Origin: Candidatus Dormiibacterota bacterium
Lineage (GTDB): Bacteria > Chloroflexota > Dormibacteria > Aeolococcales > Bog-877
Assembly: GCA_035534695.1 (NCBI GenBank)
Contig: DATLRN010000035.1
Span: 42,044-106,043, forward strand
Direction: 5' to 3'
Length of the DNA stretch: 64,000 bases
Position 1 is the stretch's first letter, and each line of letters opens with the position of its first letter. The notes beneath the pieces were generated by a model that saw only the letters and a program-made list of their open reading frames with translations, had not been told where the DNA came from and ran no database searches. Of this stretch, positions 9,899 to 18,561 are shown piece after piece. The translations under genes and the position numbers were made by a program.

Positions 9899-11731
9899 GT
9901 GTGTGGGATCATCGGCTACCTAGGTCAGCGGCCAGCCGCGCCAGTGCTGCTTGACAGCCTGAGGCGCCTCGAGTACCGCGGCTACGACTCGGCCGGAGTG
10001 GTGGTGGTGGCGGCCGACGGCACCGCGACCGCGCTCAAGGCACCGGGCAAAGTCGAGGTTCTGGTGGCGGAGACGGAGAAGACCGAACTGGCAGGCCGGG
10101 TGGGCATGGGCCACACGCGCTGGGCCACGCACGGGCGCCCCTCCTACGCCAACGCCCACCCGCACAGCGACTGCAGTGGTCGTTTCTTCGTTATCCACAA
10201 CGGGATCATCGAGAACTTCGCCGCGCTCAGGGCGGAGCTCATCGGGGCCGGCCACGAGTTCAGCTCGGACACCGACAGTGAGGTGGTTCCGCACCTGATC
10301 GAGGAGTACTACGCCGGTGATCTGGTGGCTGCCACCCGCCAAGCCCTAGGCCGGCTGACCGGGGCCTATGCCGTGGTGGTCCTGAGTTCGACCGACCCGG
10401 ACACGCTGATCGGGGCCAGGCTCAACGCCCCACTGGTCGTGGGCGTGGGCCGGGATGAGTGGTTCTTGAGCTCCGACCTGACCGCGATCATTCCGTATAC
10501 CAAGCAGGCGCTGGTGTTGGGCGAGGGGGACATGGCCGTCCTCAGTCCGGTCGGACCGGTGATCAGCTCCATCGTCGACGGCACCGAGTCCGTCCCCCGG
10601 GTGGTCCGGGTGGACTGGGACGTGATCCAGGCGGAGCGCGGCGGCTTCACCAGCTTCATGGCCAAGGAGATCAACGAGCAACCGGCGGCGCTGGAGAACG
10701 CCCTGCGGGGCAGACTCCTGGGTGACGGTCGGGTGGAGTTCGTCGACTGGGCTCTGGACGACGCCGACCTGAAGTCGTTTCAGCGGGTCCAGATCATCGG
10801 CACCGGCACCGCCTACATCGCCGGGCTGCTGACCAAGTACGCGATCGAGGACCTGGCTCGGATTCCCGTCGCCGTCGATGTCGCCTCGGAGTGGCGTTAC
10901 CGGCCGCAACCACCCGATGGCAAGACTCTGATGGTTGCCATCTCGCAGTCGGGGGAGACGGCCGACACCCTGGCGGCGGCGCGACTGTCCCGGTCCCAGG
11001 GCAGTCATCTGCTGGCCCTTACCAATGTGGTTGGAAGCACGCTCTCGCTGGAAGCCGACGCCGTGATCAACATGCACGCCGGCCCCGAGGTCTGCGTGGT
11101 GGCGACCAAGACTTTTGTCAACCAGTACGCCTCCGGCCTCTTGCTGGCGATGCGCCTGGCCCAAGCCCGGGGCACGGTGGCGGAGGCGGATCGCCGGGAG
11201 TTGGGTAGTGGACTTCGGGCGGTGCCCGGCATCCAGCGACAGATACTCGCCCTCGAGGAGAGCATCGCGCCTTTGGGCCAATGGTTGGCCGGATTCCAGT
11301 CAGCCATCTACGTGGGTCGCGGCTACAACTACCCCACCGCTCTGGAGGCGGCCTTGAAGTTGAAGGAGGTCTCCTATGTCCACGCCGAGGCCCACCCCGC
11401 TGGGGAGCTCAAGCATGGCCCGATCGCGCTCTTGGACGAGGGCATGCCGGTCGTCGCCTTCGCCACGGAGTCGATCACGCGGGAAAAGATTCGCAGCAAT
11501 GTCCAGGAGTCAAAGGCTCGTCAGAGCCCAATTCTGGCCGTTGTCAGTGATGGCGACACCACCATGGACGGCGTCGCAGACCATCTCGTCCAGGTGCCCC
11601 GCCTGCCCGAGATGATCGCTCCTTTGGCAACCGCCTTGGTGGGGCAGCTACTCGCCTACCACGCCGCCCTGAGCAAGGGACTAGATGTCGACCGGCCCCG
11701 AAATCTAGCCAAGTCCGTCACTGTCGAGTGA
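9899..11731 (+). CDS. glmS: Glutamine--fructose-6-phosphate aminotransferase
   Basis: GTG start giving the 'MCGIIGY' Ntn-Cys N-terminus, followed by two SIS domains (610 aa). Confidence 0.95.
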   Translation: MCGIIGYLGQRPAAPVLLDSLRRLEYRGYDSAGVVVVAADGTATALKAPGKVEVLVAETEKTELAGRVGMGHTRWATHGRPSYANAHPHSDCSGRFFVIHNGIIENFAALRAELIGAGHEFSSDTDSEVVPHLIEEYYAGDLVAATRQALGRLTGAYAVVVLSSTDPDTLIGARLNAPLVVGVGRDEWFLSSDLTAIIPYTKQALVLGEGDMAVLSPVGPVISSIVDGTESVPRVVRVDWDVIQAERGGFTSFMAKEINEQPAALENALRGRLLGDGRVEFVDWALDDADLKSFQRVQIIGTGTAYIAGLLTKYAIEDLARIPVAVDVASEWRYRPQPPDGKTLMVAISQSGETADTLAAARLSRSQGSHLLALTNVVGSTLSLEADAVINMHAGPEVCVVATKTFVNQYASGLLLAMRLAQARGTVAEADRRELGSGLRAVPGIQRQILALEESIAPLGQWLAGFQSAIYVGRGYNYPTALEAALKLKEVSYVHAEAHPAGELKHGPIALLDEGMPVVAFATESITREKIRSNVQESKARQSPILAVVSDGDTTMDGVADHLVQVPRLPEMIAPLATALVGQLLAYHAALSKGLDVDRPRNLAKSVTVE

Positions 11732-13020
11732 TCGAGCCCGGCCACCGGGGAGTGAACCCCCCTCTTGCCATCGGCGTCGATGTAAGTTCGGTAGATCGAG
11801 TTCGGGGCCTGGCCGAACGCCGGCCTGAGTTCCTCACCAAGTACTTCAGCGCCGAGGAAGCGGCGTACTGCCGGGACCGTCCCGAGCGACTGGCCGCGCG
11901 CTGGGCAGCCAAGGAGGCGGTGCGCAAGGTCTTCGGTGGCCTGGGCTGGAGGATCCCTCTCTACAGCCGGATTGCCGTGGTCAGACGCCCCGGCGGAGCG
12001 CCCGAGGTACTCGTCGACGGGGCACCGGTGGAAGGTCTGAGCATCAGCCTGACCCATGACGCCGGCCTCGGAATCGCCGTCGCCGCTCTCAGCCCCTTGG
12101 GGCGGCGGAGCGGATGGCTCTGGGGGCCGCTCCCGGCCGACCTGGAGATGCCGGAACGCACCGCCGACGGTAACAAGGGTACGTACGGAACCGTCGTCCT
12201 CATCGCCGGAAGCGCCGAATTCCCAGGGGCGGCGATTCTCAGCAGCCTGGGGGCACTACGGGGAGGTGCGGGCAAGGCCAAGGCACTGGTCACTGGTTCG
12301 GGGATGGTGGATGGCCCCGCTGAGCTGATCCGGGTGCCGGTCAGCACCGAAGGCCCGTCGCTGGACGCCGGAGCCGTTCGCCAAGCAGCCCCCGCCCTGG
12401 AGTCCGCTCAGGCTGTTGTGTGCGGGCCGGGTTTGGGCGAGTCGGAGGCCACCAGAGCCCTGCTCGACGAGCTCTTCCGGCTGGGGAACACTTCAAAATG
12501 GAGCCTCGTCCTCGACGCTGACGCTCTCAACGTGATCTCGCGATACGCCGATCTGAGGAGGATGATTCCCCGAGGAAGTGTGCTCACGCCCCATCCCTTG
12601 GAGGCGGCCCGTCTGGCCGGGACGGACGTTGCCGGAATCGAGACTGACCGGACCAAGTCAGCTCTCGACCTGGCGGCCCAGCTCAGGGCGATCGTGGTCT
12701 TGAAAGGCTCCAACACGGTGGTGGCTCAGCCAGACGGGACCCACTGGGTGGATGGCCACGCGACGGCCGCCCTGGCGAGCGGGGGAACGGGCGATGTTCT
12801 GGCAGGACTGATAGGTGCCATGGTGGCCCAGGGACTGGTGCCATACCAGGCAGCTCGAACTGCTGTGTTTCTGCACGGCGAAGCGGGGACGAGGCTGGGT
12901 TACCTGCGCGGAAGAGCCGGAATCCTTGCCAGCGAGGTGGCTGACGCCCTGGTCGAGACCCAAGAGGCGGTGCGCCGCCAGCAGGACTCGACTAGAGCCA
13001 CAAGGGCTCCTGCAGGTTGA
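11728..13020 (+). CDS. Fusion protein: holo-ACP synthase (AcpS) domain + ADP-dependent NAD(P)H-hydrate dehydratase (YjeF_C / NnrD) domain
   Basis: Residues 1-120 match AcpS ('AIGVDVSSVDR', 'RWAAKEAVRKVFG', 'SLTHD'). Residues ~140-430 match the YjeF C-terminal carbohydrate-kinase-like domain ('GTYGTVVLIAGSAEFPGAAIL', 'LDADAL', 'VLKGSNTVVA', 'ASGGTGDVLAG'). No YjeF_N epimerase domain is present. Confidence 0.8.
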   Translation: MIEPGHRGVNPPLAIGVDVSSVDRVRGLAERRPEFLTKYFSAEEAAYCRDRPERLAARWAAKEAVRKVFGGLGWRIPLYSRIAVVRRPGGAPEVLVDGAPVEGLSISLTHDAGLGIAVAALSPLGRRSGWLWGPLPADLEMPERTADGNKGTYGTVVLIAGSAEFPGAAILSSLGALRGGAGKAKALVTGSGMVDGPAELIRVPVSTEGPSLDAGAVRQAAPALESAQAVVCGPGLGESEATRALLDELFRLGNTSKWSLVLDADALNVISRYADLRRMIPRGSVLTPHPLEAARLAGTDVAGIETDRTKSALDLAAQLRAIVVLKGSNTVVAQPDGTHWVDGHATAALASGGTGDVLAGLIGAMVAQGLVPYQAARTAVFLHGEAGTRLGYLRGRAGILASEVADALVETQEAVRRQQDSTRATRAPAG

Positions 13021-14174
13021 GCGAGAGCAGGCCGCCTGACCCTCCCTTCCGGTCTCCACGGCGTCCGACCTGGATCGAGATAGATCAGGACGCCCTGGGG
13101 CGCAATGTGAGGGCGATGGTCACCGCGCTTGCGGGCACTCCCCTGATGGCAGTGGTCAAGGCGGATGCCTACGGCCATGGCGCCGTGGGAGTTGCCCGGA
13201 TCGCACTCCGCCATGGCGCCAGCTGGGTGGCGACGGCCACTGTGACCGAGGCTCTGGAGCTCCGGCACGATGGCATCGCGGCCCCGATTCTCGTGTTTGG
13301 CTATACCGCCCCAGAGCAGGTGGCGGCGGCCGTAGCGGGGCGCTTGGCGGTGACCGCATTCGACCGCGAGGTACTGGCCGCCCTGGACCGAGCCGGTGAT
13401 GAGCAAGGCCGTCCCGGCATCGCTCACCTAAAGGTCGACAGCGGCATGAACCGGCTCGGGGTGTCATCGGAAGAATTTGCGGATTTCGTCCGAGGGGCCA
13501 GGGACTTCCCGCACGTTGAACTGGAGGGCTGCTACACGCACTTTCGTAAGGGCGCCGACCGGGCGGTCACCCTGGCCCAGCTGAAGCGCTTCGAAGCCGC
13601 GCTCGGGGCAGCCGAGGCGGTGGGACAGCACTTTCGGCTGCGCCATGCCGCCAACAGCGCCGCCTGGGTGACCGTACCGGAGTCCCGTCTTGACCTGGTC
13701 CGGTCTGGCATTGAGATGCTCGGCCTGCGCACTCCGGACGGTCGCCAACGGGAACCGGTCCTCAGCTTCCGGAGCACTGTGGCGCAGGTTCGTGAGGTTT
13801 CCGCCGGAGAGTACGTCGGGTACGGGGATGCCTTCCGGGCGGAGCGGCCGATGCGGATTGCCACCCTGCCGGTGGGTTACGGGGACGGTGTCCGTTGGGG
13901 TCCACGGAGTTGGGGGGCGGTGCTGATCGGCGGCCGCGAGCGCCCTCTGGTCGGGGACGTCTGCATGGACGTCAGCATGGTTGACGTCAGCCAGGCACCC
14001 CAGGTGTCGGCGGGCGACGTCGCCACTCTGATCGGCACTGACGGTGAAGCGCAGCTCAGCGCCGAGCTGGTGGCGCAACGACTCGGGACGATCAACTACG
14101 AGGTCACCACTTGCCTGCGGGACAGGGTTCCGCGGGAGTTTCTCACGGCCCTGCCTTGCGACGAGGCCGAATAG
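13017..14174 (+). CDS. alr: Alanine racemase
   Basis: PLP-lysine motif 'AVVKADAYGHG' and a C-terminal beta domain. The position after glmS/acpS matches actinobacterial synteny. Confidence 0.92.
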   Translation: MSESRPPDPPFRSPRRPTWIEIDQDALGRNVRAMVTALAGTPLMAVVKADAYGHGAVGVARIALRHGASWVATATVTEALELRHDGIAAPILVFGYTAPEQVAAAVAGRLAVTAFDREVLAALDRAGDEQGRPGIAHLKVDSGMNRLGVSSEEFADFVRGARDFPHVELEGCYTHFRKGADRAVTLAQLKRFEAALGAAEAVGQHFRLRHAANSAAWVTVPESRLDLVRSGIEMLGLRTPDGRQREPVLSFRSTVAQVREVSAGEYVGYGDAFRAERPMRIATLPVGYGDGVRWGPRSWGAVLIGGRERPLVGDVCMDVSMVDVSQAPQVSAGDVATLIGTDGEAQLSAELVAQRLGTINYEVTTCLRDRVPREFLTALPCDEAE

Positions 14175-14183
14175 AATTGAGCC

Positions 14184-15080
14184 ATGTCCCAGGCCTGGGT
14201 TGGGCCGAGCCAGTCTGAGGTCGGTCGGGCCCGACGAGCGCAGCTGCGCATCGCCAGGCTCTACTTCGTGACCGACGACGCAACTCCCGAGGAGAGCCTG
14301 CCTGCTCTCATTCGCGACGTCGTCGCAGGCGGGGTTGAGATGGTTCAGTTGCGCCGCAAAGGAGTTGACGTGGCGGAACTTGCTGAGCTGGCTCGGGGGT
14401 GCCGAACCATTTGCCATGACCAAGGTGCGCTCTTTTTGATCGATGATCACGTCGAGCTGGCAGCGGCGGTGGGGGCGGATGGGGTCCACATTGGCCAGAC
14501 CGACCTTGGCCCGATAGAGGCTCGCGCCCAGCTGGGGGCGGACGCGCTGATCGGGTTGTCAACCCATTCCTCGGAGCAGGTGCTGCGGGCGGCTAACCAG
14601 CCAGTCGACTATCTCTCGGCAGGGCCTGTTCATGCCACCCCGACTAAGCCCGGGCGCCCGGCGGTTGGCTTTGAGCATGTCACCGCCGCCGCCATGCGAT
14701 CCAATCTGCCCGTGGTGGCGATCGGAGGACTGGGTCGGGGAACTGCCGCGGCCGCGGTCTCCGCGGGTGCAGACATCGTCGCCGTGGTGCGGGCTCTCTC
14801 GCAGGCGCCAGACCCCAAGACCGTCGCCCAGGACCTAAAGGCAGAGTTGGAAGCAGCCAGGTCCTGGGTTCGTCTTCAGGTCAATGGGGAGGAGCGCAAG
14901 TGCCCTCCAGGTGCCTCAGTACTGGACTTCCTCGAGCGGGTGGGAGTGGCCCAGGATGGCATCGTGATCGAGCGCAACGGTGAGATCCTAAGGGCGGTGG
15001 ATTTGGGCAAGACGGAGCTGACCAGCGGAGATGAACTCGAGCTGGTGCATCTGGTCGGAGGAGGCAAGGACGATGGCTGA
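14184..15080 (+). CDS. thiE: Thiamine-phosphate synthase fused to a C-terminal ThiS-like sulfur-carrier domain
   Basis: Residues 1-~220 form a ThiE TIM barrel ('LYFVTDD', 'VQLRRKG', 'HIGQTDL', 'VVAIGGL'). Residues ~230-298 are ThiS-like ('VRLQVNGEERK...GDELELVHLVGGG') followed by 'KDDG' before the stop. There is no in-frame stop between the domains. Confidence 0.8.
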   Translation: MSQAWVGPSQSEVGRARRAQLRIARLYFVTDDATPEESLPALIRDVVAGGVEMVQLRRKGVDVAELAELARGCRTICHDQGALFLIDDHVELAAAVGADGVHIGQTDLGPIEARAQLGADALIGLSTHSSEQVLRAANQPVDYLSAGPVHATPTKPGRPAVGFEHVTAAAMRSNLPVVAIGGLGRGTAAAAVSAGADIVAVVRALSQAPDPKTVAQDLKAELEAARSWVRLQVNGEERKCPPGASVLDFLERVGVAQDGIVIERNGEILRAVDLGKTELTSGDELELVHLVGGGKDDG

Positions 15081-15873
15081 GGACAAACTTCGACTGGGCG
15101 CTTTGGAGCTGACGTCGCGACTGATTCACGGAACCGGGAAGTTTCCCTCCTCCGGAGTGCTGGCTGCGGCAATCTCGGGGTCCGGCGCGGAGATGATCAC
15201 CCTCGCCGTGCGCCGGCTGCACCTGGACGGTGACCATAAATCTGAGCTGGAGGCGCTCGATCTGGCTGCCTACACCGTGCTTCCCAATACCGCCGGTGCC
15301 ACCACCGCCGCGGAAGCCGTGCGTCTGGCTCGACTGGCAAGGGCGGCCGGACTCTCGAACTTCATCAAGATCGAGGTGGTGGGAGACCCGATGACGCTCC
15401 TACCCGATCCGATCGCGACCCTGGACGCGACCCAAGAGTTGGTGGCCGACGGCTTCACGGTGATGCCTTACTGCAGCGATGACGTGTCCCTCTGCCTGCG
15501 GCTCGCCGCGGCCGGGGCGACTGCGGTCATGCCTGGAGCAGCCCCCATCGGATCCACCATGGGCGTTCTCAATCCGTTCAATATTCGAGCGATCATCGAG
15601 CGCTGCCCGGTGCCCACCATTGTCGACGCCGGCCTGGGCTCCCCTGGGGATGCCACCAGGGTCATGGAGTGGGGAGCGGCGGGAGTTTTGGTGAACACCG
15701 GGATCGCCTACGCCCGCGATCCAGCGGCCATGGCGGCTGCTTTCGCGGCCGCGGTCAGCGCGGGTCGATCAGCGTTTCTGGCCGGGTTGGCGGAGCATCG
15801 TCCCGCCGGCGGCTACGGCGCCAGCAGCCCCGAGGAGGGGGTTCCCGCGGCTCTCGTCCCGGCGATCCGCTGA
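15073..15873 (+). CDS. thiG: Thiazole synthase
   Basis: 'LELTSRLIHGTGKF', 'LAVRR', 'LPNTAG' and 'VMPGAAPIGS' are ThiG motifs. The ATG at 15073 overlaps the thiE-thiS stop by 8 nt. Confidence 0.88.
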   Translation: MAEDKLRLGALELTSRLIHGTGKFPSSGVLAAAISGSGAEMITLAVRRLHLDGDHKSELEALDLAAYTVLPNTAGATTAAEAVRLARLARAAGLSNFIKIEVVGDPMTLLPDPIATLDATQELVADGFTVMPYCSDDVSLCLRLAAAGATAVMPGAAPIGSTMGVLNPFNIRAIIERCPVPTIVDAGLGSPGDATRVMEWGAAGVLVNTGIAYARDPAAMAAAFAAAVSAGRSAFLAGLAEHRPAGGYGASSPEEGVPAALVPAIR

Positions 15874-15977
15874 GATCGGCCTGGGCGATCGCATCGCCAG
15901 CAAAACTGCGCGGTGCTGGCTGGGACGGAGACGATCCGGTCTCCAGCGTTGGTGAGGAAGGCCTGCTTGGCGACCTG

Positions 15978-16907
15978 ATGCGGTTGGCGGGGACAGAGCA
16001 CGGTCCCTTCGACGTTGGTCCGGGGGACGACGCGGCCGGCTGGCGACCATCCCCGGGAGCCATCATGGTTTGGTCCACTGACTCCCTCGTCGAGGACATC
16101 GACTTCCGACGCCGCTATCAGACTCCCTATCAGGTTGGCTGGAAGGCCTGGATGGCGGCTGTGTCCGACCTGGCAGCGATGGGCGCTACCTGCCGAGGTG
16201 GCCTGGTGGCCGTCTCCATCGCGCGCGACGCTTCGGCTGCCGCGGTAGCGGCAATGCAGCTGGGTTTGGTCGAAGCGGCGGCCATTGATGGGGCATCGGT
16301 GATGGGCGGGGACATCGGTGTCACCACCGGTCCCCTGACCCTCACCGTCACCGTGATGGGCGAGATCGAGGACGGCGAACCGGTCCGCCTGGGCGGTGGC
16401 TCACCAGGCCAGTCGCTTGTGGTGACCGGGCGTCTGGGCGAGGCCTCGGCTGCCCTCCAACTGATGGAGCGCGACGCCAGAGACTTCCCCCAGCAGTGGA
16501 GGGAGCACCTGCTCCAGCCGCCGTCTCGTATCGACGCCGGTCTGGCACTTCGCCGGGCCGGTGCCCAGGCCATGACCGATGTCAGCGACGGTCTGCTCGT
16601 TGACCTGCAAAGGATCTGTCGCAAAAGCGCAGTCGGCGCCGACATCTGGCTCGATCATCTCCCCGCGCCGGAAGGCGCCGCCGAGTTGGGCCGCCGCGAC
16701 GAGCTCGCGCTTTGTGGCGGCGAGGACTACGAGCTTCTGGCGTCGCTTCCCGCAAGCGCGCTGGAGCGCCTCCTCGTCGATTGGAAGAGCGGCGTGCCAC
16801 TCTCACTGATCGGCGTCCTTACCGACCGAGAGGGAATCCAGATACTCCGCTCGCCTGGGGGAGAGCTCGTTACAGCTCCTGCAAGTGATGGCTTCCGGCA
16901 CTTCTGA
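15978..16907 (+). CDS. thiL: Thiamine-monophosphate kinase
   Basis: AIR-synthase-like fold ('GPGDDAAGW', 'STDSLVEDIDF', 'GWKAWMAAVSDLAAMGA'). The first in-frame ATG after the thiG stop is at 15978; the upstream part of the track ORF has no start codon after the thiG stop. Confidence 0.8.
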   Translation: MRLAGTEHGPFDVGPGDDAAGWRPSPGAIMVWSTDSLVEDIDFRRRYQTPYQVGWKAWMAAVSDLAAMGATCRGGLVAVSIARDASAAAVAAMQLGLVEAAAIDGASVMGGDIGVTTGPLTLTVTVMGEIEDGEPVRLGGGSPGQSLVVTGRLGEASAALQLMERDARDFPQQWREHLLQPPSRIDAGLALRRAGAQAMTDVSDGLLVDLQRICRKSAVGADIWLDHLPAPEGAAELGRRDELALCGGEDYELLASLPASALERLLVDWKSGVPLSLIGVLTDREGIQILRSPGGELVTAPASDGFRHF

Positions 16908-17346
16908 ATCGATGCCGACGGTCAATGTGCGAACTCATTCCGATGAAGAGACGCGCACCCTAGGGCGTCAGATCGGAGCCCAGCTGAAAGCTGGGGATTG
17001 CATCGCCCTGCGGGGCGAGCTGGGAGCCGGCAAGACCGTAATGGCCCAGGGCGTGGTGGCCGGCGCTGGAGGCGGCGACGACGTGCGCAGTCCGACGTTC
17101 CTGCTCCATGCCGTCCACCAGGGGCGCCTTCCCGTCCACCACCTAGACCTCTACCGGATGGATGTGGGGACAGACCTCCGAACACTGGGAATCGACGAGG
17201 CGCTCCTGGACGGTGCCGTGCTCGTGGAGTGGCCGGAGCGGACTGGTGCTGAGTGGTTCACTGGAGAGGTCCGTCTCGAGATAGCTTCGGCAACCGAGCG
17301 TGACGTCACGCTCAAGGTCCGTCGCGGCCTCCGGGGGGAGACTTAG
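16885..17346 (+). CDS. tsaE: tRNA threonylcarbamoyladenosine biosynthesis protein TsaE
   Basis: P-loop 'GELGAGKTVMAQG', 'RSPTF', 'HLDLYR'. Confidence 0.85.
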   Translation: MMASGTSESMPTVNVRTHSDEETRTLGRQIGAQLKAGDCIALRGELGAGKTVMAQGVVAGAGGGDDVRSPTFLLHAVHQGRLPVHHLDLYRMDVGTDLRTLGIDEALLDGAVLVEWPERTGAEWFTGEVRLEIASATERDVTLKVRRGLRGET

Positions 17347-17347
17347 C

Positions 17348-18013
17348 TTGGCCGAGGGACAGTGGACCCTCGCCATCGATGGCTCGCAACGAAGGGAGCC
17401 GCTGGTGATTCTCATCGATCCCGGGGCCACGGTCGTTTGGGTTGCCTCACCGGACTTGGCCGATCCCCAACTCATAACTGCTGTGCGACAGGCCCTGGCC
17501 ATCCATCGAGAGCGCATCGGAGCAGTCGTGGCCACCTGCGGCCCCGGTTCCTACATCGGAGTTCGGGGCGGACTGGCGGCAGCTTCGGGCGCCTCTCAAG
17601 CGCTGCGCTGCCGGCTCGCTCTGGTCGGTTCGCTGGAGGTCGTCGGAAGCCAGACCGATCCTGGCGGCGCCACTGTCCTCGCCCTGGCCGATGCCGGTCG
17701 AGGAGGAACTTACGGCCAGCTCTTGACCCCTGCGCCGCCGGATACGAAGCAGCCCAGATGGGTGCCCCGGAGCCCGGCCGAGCTGCTCGGCCGGGCTGAG
17801 CCCTGGCCGGACTCTTGGAGCCAGGCGAGCCGAGCCATCGGTGGGCTCGGAGAAGGGCGGGAACTGCCCGCCGGTACCGAGCCCATGCCGGCGGTGCGAG
17901 ACCGGCACCAGGCACTGGCCTGGATCGCTAGCTGTGGTCCGGCGCCGATCTCGGGGTACGATCGCATTCGTGCCGAATATGCGGTACCAGTAGGAGCGCG
18001 TCCGTGGTCCTGA
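17348..18013 (+). CDS. tsaB: tRNA threonylcarbamoyladenosine biosynthesis protein TsaB
   Basis: 'LAIDGS' N-terminus and 'GPGSYIGVRGGLAAASG', the YeaZ signature. The start is probably the TTG at 17348, just after the tsaE stop. Confidence 0.75.
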   Translation: MAEGQWTLAIDGSQRREPLVILIDPGATVVWVASPDLADPQLITAVRQALAIHRERIGAVVATCGPGSYIGVRGGLAAASGASQALRCRLALVGSLEVVGSQTDPGGATVLALADAGRGGTYGQLLTPAPPDTKQPRWVPRSPAELLGRAEPWPDSWSQASRAIGGLGEGRELPAGTEPMPAVRDRHQALAWIASCGPAPISGYDRIRAEYAVPVGARPWS

Positions 18014-18561
18014 TCGGTGAACAGTTGCTGCTCAGTCCGATGGCTGAGGAAGACATCCCCGCCGTGCGGGCGATCGAGCTGGAAGTCTTTCCCACGCCCT
18101 GGCCGGGCAGCGCCTACCAGCGCGAACTGAACAACAACCGGGCCGCCCACTACGTCTGCCTCCGGCGGAACGGCAAGGTCGTGGGATACGGTGGGTTGTG
18201 GGCGGTCGGGGAGGAGTCGCACATCACCACCATCGGGGTCGCCGCCGAGTGTCAGGGACAGGGTTTGGGCAAGGCCATCTTCACTGCCCTGGTCAGCCGC
18301 TCCTATGAGCTGCGAGCCAACTTCATCAGTCTCGAGGTGCGTCCCCACAACGAGCCGGCGATCCACCTCTACGAGAGCTTCGGGTTCAAGGTGATCGGAC
18401 GGCGCCGCGGTTACTACACCGACAACGGCGAAGACGCCCTGGTGATGTGGTCGGACTTGATCCACGCCCCCGACTTCAAGCGTCGCTTTCTGGCGATCCG
18501 GGATCGGCTTAAGATCGAAGGATTGGGCCTCCGTCCTGCCGAGGACTTCCCAGTCAGGTGA
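18004..18561 (+). CDS. rimI: Ribosomal-protein-alanine N-acetyltransferase
   Basis: GNAT fold with 'IGVAAECQGQGLGKAIF'. The tsaB-rimI-tsaD position is conserved. Confidence 0.85.
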   Translation: MVLIGEQLLLSPMAEEDIPAVRAIELEVFPTPWPGSAYQRELNNNRAAHYVCLRRNGKVVGYGGLWAVGEESHITTIGVAAECQGQGLGKAIFTALVSRSYELRANFISLEVRPHNEPAIHLYESFGFKVIGRRRGYYTDNGEDALVMWSDLIHAPDFKRRFLAIRDRLKIEGLGLRPAEDFPVR

